From NCBI RefSeq assembly GCF_006345805.1, contig NC_043014.1:44950001-45014000 (forward strand): a DNA stretch of 64,000 nt. The letters run 5' to 3'. The DNA comes from Octopus sinensis. Its lineage: Eukaryota. The notes beneath the pieces were generated by a model. That model had not been told where the DNA came from. It saw only the letters and a list, made by a program, of their open reading frames with translations, and searched no databases. Of this stretch, positions 54,428 through 64,000 are shown piece by piece; within the stretch, counting starts at the first letter, position 1, and each line of letters opens with the position of its first letter. A program made the position numbers and the translations under genes.

Positions 54428-55477
54428 TTGTATATATATTTGTCCCTACTCACCATCACTTGGCAATTGATGATGGTGTGTTTGCGTCCCTGTAACTTAG
54501 TGATTTGGCAAAAAGGAATGATAGAATAAGTACTAGGCCTACAAAGAATAAGACCTGGGGTCAATTTGTTCAACTAAAGGCAGTGCTCCAGTATGGCCAT
54601 AGTCAAATGACTGAAACCAATAAAAGAAAATAAAAGAAAGTTATCATGCTTAACCTGCAACTCCTGGAGGAAGTCATAGGAATGCTCCTGTGTCTTAGGC
54701 ACCTAAAGATGGTGGAGTCCATCCTTCACCAGTTTTTGGCTATAGTTGGTTTCTTTAAGAGAGAGAGAGAGAGGAGGAGGGAATGGGAGAGAGTAAGGGA
54801 GAGAAGAACATGTCTCAGTACTAGACTGGTTCTTTATTTATTGACCCTGAAAAGTTGAAAGGCAAATTTGAACCCAGTAGGATTTGAACTCCGCGCACAA
54901 AGGGCCAGAACGAATACCATAAAACACTGTATTCAATGCTCTATCAAATCTACCAGTTCCCAATGCTTGTCATTCTTATCAATGAACGTCTTTGTCAATC
55001 TCATTCAATTATTCTGTGTGGAATTTCAAATGAACTATTATTGCAGTCCGACCTTCATGAAAGGAAAAAATATATTAATACAACCTTGTTTAATTAACAC
55101 TCTATTGACTTATCTGGTAAAAAAAAGAAAAGAAGAAAGAAATAATTGATATCAATCAATGCAATAATTTACTTTTCAATGTATAGCATCACCGTTTTCA
55201 TGCTAGCATTGATATGATGCAGTTTGTTAAGTAGTTGCTTCAGATGTTTTTACAGTTGAATGTCCTCCTTACAAATCACTCAATAGCAAAACTATGAGTG
55301 AAATTAATAATAACAAATAAAATTATTATTTTTTAAGCAGGGTCATCTGTGTTGTTCAGAGTCCATAGTGAGGTTTGAACTTATGACCATGTTATCATAT
55401 TAATTCTTTCTAACCTTGAAGAAAAGACAAGTTAATTAATTACAACCTTAGTATGTGACTGGTATTTTATTTTATAT

Positions 55478-56284
55478 GTGTAGGAGTGGCTGTGTGGTAA
55501 GTAACTTGCTTACCAACCACATGGTTCTGGGTTCAATCTCACTGCGTGGCACTTTGAGCAAGTGCCTTCTACTATAGCCTCGGGCCGACCAAAGCCTTGT
55601 GAGTGGATTTGGTAGATGGAAACTGAAAGAAGCCTGTCGTATATATGTATATATATATATGTATGTGTGTCTGTGTTTGTCCCTCCAACATCACTTGACA
55701 ACCGATGCTGTTGTGTTTACGTCCCCGTAACTTAGCAAAAGAGATCGATAGAATAACTTAGCAAAAGAGACCGATAGAATAACTTAGCAAAAGAGACCGA
55801 TAGAATAAGTACTAGGCTTACAAAGAATAAGTCCCGGGGTCGATTTGCTCGACTAAAGGCAGTGCTCCAGCACGGCCACAGTCAAGTGACTGAAACAAGT
55901 GAAAGAGTAACCTCAAAAGGATAAAAATAAGTTGAAATCAGCAGAATCTGAACTCAGAATGTAAACAACCAGAAGAAATGTCGTTAAGCGTTTTGTCCGA
56001 CATGCTAATGATTCTGCTAGCTTGCTGCCTCGATAATAATGATAATTATTTATAATATCAGGGCAAGGCTACAAATTTAAGGTGGGGAGGAAAGCAGTTG
56101 ATTATAGTGACCGTGTGCTTGATCAGTACTAATAGAGGGACAGCACCATGGATGTGGTAGAGGAGGAAAAGCTGATTGTATCAATGGAATATGTGACTGG
56201 TACTTTATTCATCAACCCCTAAAAGATAAAAAGCAAAGATAACCATGGCGACACTTAAATACAGAATGTTTTGAGCCATATAAT

Positions 56285-56332
<48 letters not shown>

Positions 56333-57030
56333 CGTAGGAGTAGCTGTGTGGTAAGTAGCTTGCTTACAAACCACATGGATCTGGGTTCATTCCCACTGTG
56401 TGGTCGCTTGACAACCAATGCTGGTGTGTTTATGTCCCCGTAATTTAGCGGTTTGGCAAAAGAAGCCGATAGAATAAGTGCTAGGCTTACAAAGAATAAG
56501 TCCTGGGACCCATTTGCTCGACTAAAGGCAGTGCTCCAGTAAGGCCACAGTCAAATGACTGAAACAATTAAGAGAGTAAAAGAGTAAAACCTTTCTACAA
56601 TAGCCACAAGTCTTGAAATTTTGATCGAGGGGGCTTGTTGATCACATCAACCCCAGTGCTGAAATGGTACTTATTTTATTGACCCCAAAAGTATGAAAGG
56701 CAAAGTTGACCTCAGTGGCATTTGAACTCAGAACATAAAGATGGACGAAATACTGCTAAGCATTTTGCCCGGTGTGCTAATGATTCTGCCAGCTCACCGC
56801 CTTAGCAATAATATTAATAGTTTCAAATTCTGGCACAGGGCCAGCAGTTTTTGAGGGGAGGGGAGGAGAGGTCAATTACATGGACCTCAGCACTTGACTG
56901 GTACTTATTTCATTGACCAACCCAAAAAGGATGAAGGGCAGAGTCAATCTGGGCAGAATTTGAACTCAGAATAGAAAGACAGACAAAATGCCACTAAGCA
57001 TATTGTTTGCCACACTACCAGTTCTACCAA
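55478..57030. mobile_element. SINE cluster: family A (55478-55908, 56331-56586) and family B-like (55910-56030, 56600-56802, 56830-57030)
   Basis: Matches to family consensus motifs. A 3 x 26-bp slippage repeat lies at 55729-55806. Confidence 0.8.
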
Positions 57031-58276
57031 AAAAAAAAAAAAAAAAAAACCATAAGGATTTCATTGTAAGATTGCATAGTTGGAGGTGGGTGATGTGACC
57101 AATATAATTGTTTTCAGCATATCACCACTTGAAGGATGATCCCTAGAAGAAATTGAACTGGAAATGTTTAAATACAGAACAAAATACTGGATTTCTATTA
57201 TTTTTACTACAGTAACTGCAGCTTGAAGGAGGGGATGAGGTTTGGTAGCAGTAGCATCATACTTCAATAAAGATAGATTATTACAGAGATTCATTTAGAA
57301 TTTTGTGATGGGAAATTTAACCATGACAATAACATTTTTTCAACAACAAAACACAAAGCAATAAAGGAAAGAAGGAAATAATAATGCAATAATCTTCTAG
57401 ATCTCTCTCTATTTTTCTTACAGTTTTTTTTATAGAATTTTAATTGTTTACATTGAAACACTTAATCTTAAAGTAAATTGCATTTTTATTGTTGTAATTA
57501 CCACTGTATCTGCAACAGTATTACTAAAAAAATATGATAATTTTACAAGTCTTCCTACTACACACAAAATATAACATTCCAGCAAGCCATTGAAAGAGCT
57601 TCTATGTGATATTCAACATAGAAATAGTAGTCAAATCTTCCTCAAATCACACCTTATAGTCTAAAGAAAAGATACAATATCATCATTTAACATCCATTTT
57701 TCCATGCTTGTATAGAAAAGTGCTGAGACAGATTTTCTATGGCTGAATGCCCTTCCTGTTGCCAACCCTCACCGGTTTTTCAAAGGGAATATTTTTCTAC
57801 AGCTAGATAAGATTTTCATGGAAAAATGGAAACGAACAATCCTGTTTGTATAACAGTGATTTTCATTCACGACCATCATATGTCTCAACAAGGGTATACA
57901 CACACACACACACCACATCATGATGGGCTTCTTTCAGCTTCTGTCTACCAAATCTACTCACAAGGCTTTGGCTGGCCAGGGGCTGTAGTAGAAGATACTT
58001 GCCTAAGATGTCATGCAGTTGGACTGAACCCAAGACCATCTGGTTGGCAAGCAAAGGTTCTTGACCACACAGCCACACCTATGCCTACAGCAAACAAATA
58101 ATACGGTCTGGAACACATAATGTTTGAAAAAACAAATGAGATGGTTATGGCTGGAATAATGTCCATTATCGATCTGCTTGATCAAGTCAAACAAGAACAA
58201 CTGTAGCAGCAACAACAACAATTATTACATCAACAACAACTTTCCTAAACCATGTCTTTATTTAGATTTCTAACCA

Positions 58277-58690
58277 GGCGCAGGAGTGGCTGTGTGGTAA
58301 GTAGCTTGCTAACCAACCACATGGTTGCGGGTTCAGTCCCACTGCGTGGCATCTTGGGCAAGTGTCTTCTACTATAGCCCCAGGCCGACCAATGCCTTGT
58401 GAGTGGATTTGGTAGACGGAAACTGAAAGAAGCCTGTCGTATATATGTATCTATATATATGTATGTGTGTGTGTTTGTGTGTCTGTGTTTGTCCCCCTAG
58501 CATTGCTTGACAACCGATGCTGGTGTGTTTACGTCCCCGTCACTTAGCAGTTCAGCAAAAGAGACCGATAGAATAAGTACTGGGCTTACAAAGAATAAGT
58601 CCCGGGGTCAATTTGCTCGACTAAAGGTGGTGCTCCAGCATGGCCGCAGTCAAATGACTGAAACAAGTAAAAGAGTAAAGAGTAAAGAGA
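58277..58690 (+). mobile_element. Full-length family A SINE
   Basis: tRNA-like head, internal TA/TG tract and (GAGTAAA)n tail. Diverged copies at 32940-33100, 51480-51660, 54410-54630, 57910-58085 and 61580-61970. Confidence 0.9.
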
Positions 58691-59469
58691 GTATGACACC
58701 CATCTTCCCCTCCCTCCCTCCCTCCCTTTTAATTTAAGTATTGCAATTTATTAGCCCTTGCTTTCTTTTTCTTTGTATTTTGGCAAATCCATACACCACT
58801 CAACTGTCTTCAATTTGCCTCAATTCTTTGTGATCTTCAAATGCTGCCTCTGCACTCTATTCATGTTCATCTGTTCTAATAGAACCCTTTTTTGGCTGTA
58901 CATCAGTCAAAGGGTAAGTAAAATTATAAGGCCGTAAGATAAAACATATCTGTACCCTAATTACAAAATACATTCTGTTTGGTTGCATTTAAGATAGAGA
59001 TGACTCATTTCTTGTATAGTGAGTCATTCTATAGCCGGAGAATTCTGGAACTTGGAGAGAAAATGACAATTCAAACTTCCATTTTGGAGGTGCATCTTAG
59101 AAAGATGGAATGGCTATTGTTATATATTTCCCCTCTCCAACTACACAGAGACAGGCATGCAGAAAAAAGATGGCAACATTATTGCATCTTGAACTCTTTT
59201 TTGATTTGCTGCAATAACATTTGCTTTCGTTCATTGGCTTAGGGACTATTTCTTAGTACTGAGAAAATTATCTTCAGTTCTTCCAGGCAATATATGTTGC
59301 TTATTTGAAGGTTCTTATAAGTTTATGTTTTCAGAGATCATGAGAAAGATTTTCATCAATAAATGTGTTTTTAAGACTGAGCCAGTTATTTAGAGAGGGC
59401 GTATATTTTTGGTCTACTTTACGAACATTATCTTATGATATGCACATATATATATATATATATATATGT

Positions 59470-59790
59470 ATATCATCATCATCATCATCGTTTAACATCC
59501 GCTTTCCATGCTAGCATGGGTTGGACAATTTGACTGAGGACTGGTGAACCAGATGGCTGCACCAAGCTCCAGTCTGATCTGGCAGAGTTTCTACAGCTGG
59601 ATGCCCTTCCTAATGCCAACCACTCCGGGGGTGTAGTGGGTGCTTTTACATGCCACTAGCATGAGGGCCAATTAGGCGGTACTGGCAACGGCCATGCTCA
59701 AATAATGTTTTTTACAAGCCATGTGCATAGGAGCCTGTCCAGTGGCACTGGCAATGACCTCTCTCGAATGTTTTTCATGTGCCACTGGTA
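59470..59790 (-). mobile_element. SINE family C
   Basis: Reverse-complement core and (CAT)n tail. Confidence 0.85.
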
Positions 59791-59795
59791 CACAC

Positions 59796-59841
<46 letters not shown>

Positions 59842-60202
59842 TATCTGATAGATAGCAAAAGCAAGTGGTTATATTCCCATCTTTTCTATTTATCTTGATC
59901 AATTGAGGCTAGTCCTATCACATCTTGGAACACAGAAAAACCAGGATTTAAAAACATTGAGGTACACATATTGAAATGATATCTAGCTATCTTTCAATGC
60001 TTCATGCTTTGCATAAGTGCACATTGGTGGATGAGGTGAAATTGTGATTGTGGAACTAAAAATGTCTCCGAATCAGAAGTTGATATTCTTTGGTTTTGAA
60101 GAAGTAAGGCAATAATTACAATTTTCAATTTTAAACTGATATATTTGAAATAGTTGTTTTTAATTTTGCAAGAATTATTAGTTCCTATTGGATTACCATT
60201 TG

Positions 60203-60430
60203 TAAACCCATTCGTTATTGTATTTATTTTGAGATGCTCTGTATTGCTTTCAATTATTTTAAATATAACAAAGAATTTAGTAAAATAACTTAGTTATCAT
60301 TAAGCTAGTGTTAGGAACATAAATTGCGACTAAGGTTTGGGGGAAGGTTTTAATTCAAATCTTATGAAAACAAGACATTTGTACCACAGAGCCAGAGCCG
60401 TTTTGGCTGGGTTGGTAACGAAAGGGTTAA
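60203..60430 (-). mobile_element. piggyBac-like MITE
   Basis: Reverse complement of 27816-28044; ends GGTAACGAAAGGG|TTAA. Confidence 0.88.
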
Positions 60431-63400
60431 AGATGTAGAACCTGTTCAGGGGTGCCAAAATGGGTAGCCAATAACTAAATGCCTGGCAGGTTTAATTTAC
60501 ATTTATTTGATAAGGGAAGGACAGTACCAAACAATGTTTTAAACATAACATACTAGGAAGAGGTATGACTCCATGGCCTAGGAAAATTTTAGGACACCTA
60601 AAGCCATCTCTCAAATTAGCTAAGTAATGAAATAAAGTATTTTTATAGAGAGAAAGCAATTTCAATATGAATTTTGTTTATATTTATTTTGCTACAAGAG
60701 ATTCTCACACATCTGTTGTTGGTTTATAATGTAGCTATATCAATTTCCAGTCATTTACTCTTTTACTTCCTCTTCTGTGTATTTCTAATTAAATATCTAG
60801 CCATTACAACTATGAAGATACATCAAAATTGCTTTCTGTTTTTGCTTTCTGTTTTTGCTTTCTTTTTATTGTTGTTCTTTCTCTCTCTCTCTCTCTCTTT
60901 GCACACCTACACAATGTACAAACAATTTGCTATGTATTTACGTGTAGGCAAACTCCACTCAGTTTCCTTTGCTTGCATCAACTGCTAAGTAGTAACAGCA
61001 TCACTCACCTACCTCTTACGTATCAACAACGTTGGCATGGACTTGTAATTCCTGCCCACATTGTGATAGTGATAAAGTACTGTTGTTAGAGTGTTGAGGA
61101 GAAGTTAAGTAAATAATAACTAATCAGAGAATGTTTTCTGCTATAATGCAGACATTTTCCATTGTAAGATCTTCACAAATAGATACATTTTGCTAATGGC
61201 ATCACTAGAAGTAAACATGTTTTAAACTTATCAAGTAAAGAGATTGAGATTATGTAAAGAACAAGCAGCTTAATTGCATAAACTAGAACATCTTTGAAAA
61301 TATTTTAGACTTACAGCAATTCTTCATAAATAATGTTTCATTTCCAAGGTATTACTTAAAAGTACTAACTTAAAGGACATTCAGATGTCCCTATGAAAAA
61401 TAAAGCAACTAAATACAAATGTGAAAATTTTGTTCTACTGTTTCTTATTCATATCATAGGGAGAATGATAAAAAAGATCAATATTTGTTCAGTCTTGTAT
61501 TTCCTTAATTAAGTTTCTGCAATTAAATATCCATATACAAATACACCTAAAAACAAACACACACACACATACATCTTCACAGGTGTGGCTGTGTGGTAAG
61601 AAGTTTGCTTCCCAGCCATGTGGTTCTGGGTTCAGTCCCACTGCATAGCAGCTTAGGCAAGCATCTTCTACTATAGCCATGGGCCAACCTAAGCTTTGAG
61701 AGTGGATTTGGTAGTTGGAAACTGAAAGAAGCCTATTGTATATATACATGTGTGTATGTCTTTGTGCCTGTTCATCCACCACCCTTGCTTGACAACTGCA
61801 ACTGGTGTTGGTTTGGTTACATCCCTGTGCAGTTCGGCAAAAGAGGCTGATAGAATAAGTACCAGGCTTTAAAACAAAAAAGTATTAGGATTGATTCACT
61901 CAACAAAAATGCTTCAAGGCAGTGCCCCAGCATGGCCGCAGTCTAGTAACTGAAACAAGTAAAGGATAAAAAATATATATACATATATATATATAAGCAT
62001 GGAGATGGCTCTGGTGACTTCACTGGTTGCAAAGTATCAAGTTTAAAGTATCAAGTCACTTGCAAGTTGGCTTTCATTTGCTGAAATACTCTCCATTAAA
62101 TGCAAATATTTCAAATTTGTTCTTTGAGGGGAAAATTGTATTTTAGAAAAATTTCAGATATTGAAATAGTCAAAATTCAATTAAAGATGCTGTAAATAGT
62201 AACATCCAATTGTCAATCAACACTTTTATTTAAAAAAAAAAAAAAAGGGAGTATCTACTGAACCCTCCCCTTGTAAACAACTGTCAATGTGATGCAACGC
62301 CTGCTACATAGTAAATATTACTGGAGGGTGGATCCAAACACGAAATCCAACCTGTCACTAAGTGACACCCACACTGTGGTAGGCTTTCAACAAAGTGGGT
62401 GTATGAAGGTAAAGGAATAATTTGATCAAGTTAAAAAAAAGAGGTACCCTGTAGTTTATCATCCTCAATATTATCCTCAAGTATATTCAGATAAAGTCTA
62501 AATTTATGGTTTTACTTTTTAATATTTTGACATGTTCAAAAAAAGTATATGGCAATTTGTTATCCCATATCTTGACTACATCAGTTGCTGTGAATTATCT
62601 TGATGGAGAACTTATTTTGATATATCTACATATATATATTTACATATATGTTTAATTTACACTCTAATACTGCTGTTTATAAATACATTATTTATATATA
62701 TATATATATATTTTCCACCAACATTATGAAGATATACAGCATCACGACACTGATTTATTTCAACTGAAGTAACACATATATCAATGTAAATTATTGTTTA
62801 ACATGAAGAGTTCCATCTAACATGCAGCTCTTTTACTAAGGGGATGAAAATTTTTCTTATTTAATTTTTGTTGTTGTTTTTAATCTATGACTAATGATAT
62901 CTAAGTACAAACTCTTAAACAATTCATATTTAGTCTGTTGTTGCACTATATGATATCCATAAGTACAGACTAAGCTGGAAAGAAAACTACACAGTAGATA
63001 TAGTTTGAGATAATGAATGTTTGATAAGAGCAATCAACAAATGGCATTGTTCAAATCAAAGTGAGAATAAAAAATATAGAAAATAAAAATAATAAAAAAA
63101 ACAAAACACAAGAAATAAATGTTTAAAAAGCAACCTTAATAAAACACATTTATATCAAAATAAATAGAGTAATTTATGAAGAACTTGACTAGAAGTAAAC
63201 CATAAATCATGTACTACAAACACACAGAGATAGAGAAACTGAAGACAGTAATATACGAGTGGATCACAAAAAAGAAAGATCATATAGATAATACATATAA
63301 AAGGTATGAAATGAATGAAGAATAGCAAACCATCAATAATAAAACTAATAATATTCTCATGATAATAAATAATAATTTAACAGCAGTCTAGAAGCCACAA

Positions 63401-63748
63401 CATTTACATTTCAAAGTGTGGAAGAATAAGATGTTATAATGGAATATAAATTTAGAGTATCTTTCGCCACCTCTCTGTTTTTTTCTTCTTTCTCTACATT
63501 ACACGTGCACACACAGAACGGAGATACATACACACACTCACATGTATTTGTACACATTTTTTTTCTTCTTTCTTACTCCCCCTCACTCTCAGCATTTATC
63601 TTGTCTCCATTTTAGCTTGTCATAAAAATCTTTAGATATAATGTATTTTTTTTTTTCCATGTATTCAATAAATACTTGATAAATACTCAAGTAAAACTGG
63701 ACAAAATTTCCATAGTGAAAAGGTTATTAACAATATCGTTGTTCTTAC

Positions 63749-63766
63749 CTGATCGTTAGAATTCAT
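63749..63766 (-). CDS. Candidate first coding exon (MNSNDQ) of the IQ gene
   Basis: ATA-ATG AAT TCT AAC GAT CAG|GTAAGA: A at -3, strong donor, phase 0 matching the acceptor at 48025. It is too short to exclude chance. Confidence 0.3.
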
Positions 63767-63966
63767 TATTTTAAAATTTCTTATAATGTCAATTTATATA
63801 TGTATGTATATGTGTGTATGTATATGTAAATATTTTTCAATTCTGGCTCTATATACAAACATATACTTATGTATGTATGGAATTCAACTTCAGTGTATTG
63901 ATTAGTCTAAGAAAGAATACAGGTAGGCACAGCTATATATATATATATGTATACATATATATATTC

Positions 63967-63999
<33 letters not shown>

Positions 64000-64000
64000 G

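Overview
AT-rich, microsatellite-dense eukaryotic DNA. Its SINE/MITE repertoire strongly resembles octopus (coleoid cephalopod) genomes; this is inferred from repeat motifs, not from a database search. Most of the window is intron-like sequence filled with three abundant SINE families, decayed RTE-type LINE fragments, TTAA/TA/6-bp-TSD MITEs, a Helitron-like composite and a probable solo LTR. The only convincing coding sequence is on the minus strand. A 158-aa His-rich ORF has two GAP-43/neurogranin-type IQ calmodulin-binding motifs (8238-8714), and a second, short IQ exon missed by the ORF track lies at 47936-48025. A candidate 6-codon start exon at 63749-63766 is phase-compatible with them, suggesting either one ~55-kb multi-IQ gene or two paralogues. 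I also found several type I hammerhead-ribozyme-like motifs (40983-41099, 44310-44397, 45513-45600, plus degenerate copies). Two sit one per unit in a ~1.2-kb tandem duplication. A perfect 66-bp inverted repeat lies near 40.6-40.8 kb. Almost all other ORFs in the track are repeat or microsatellite artefacts.
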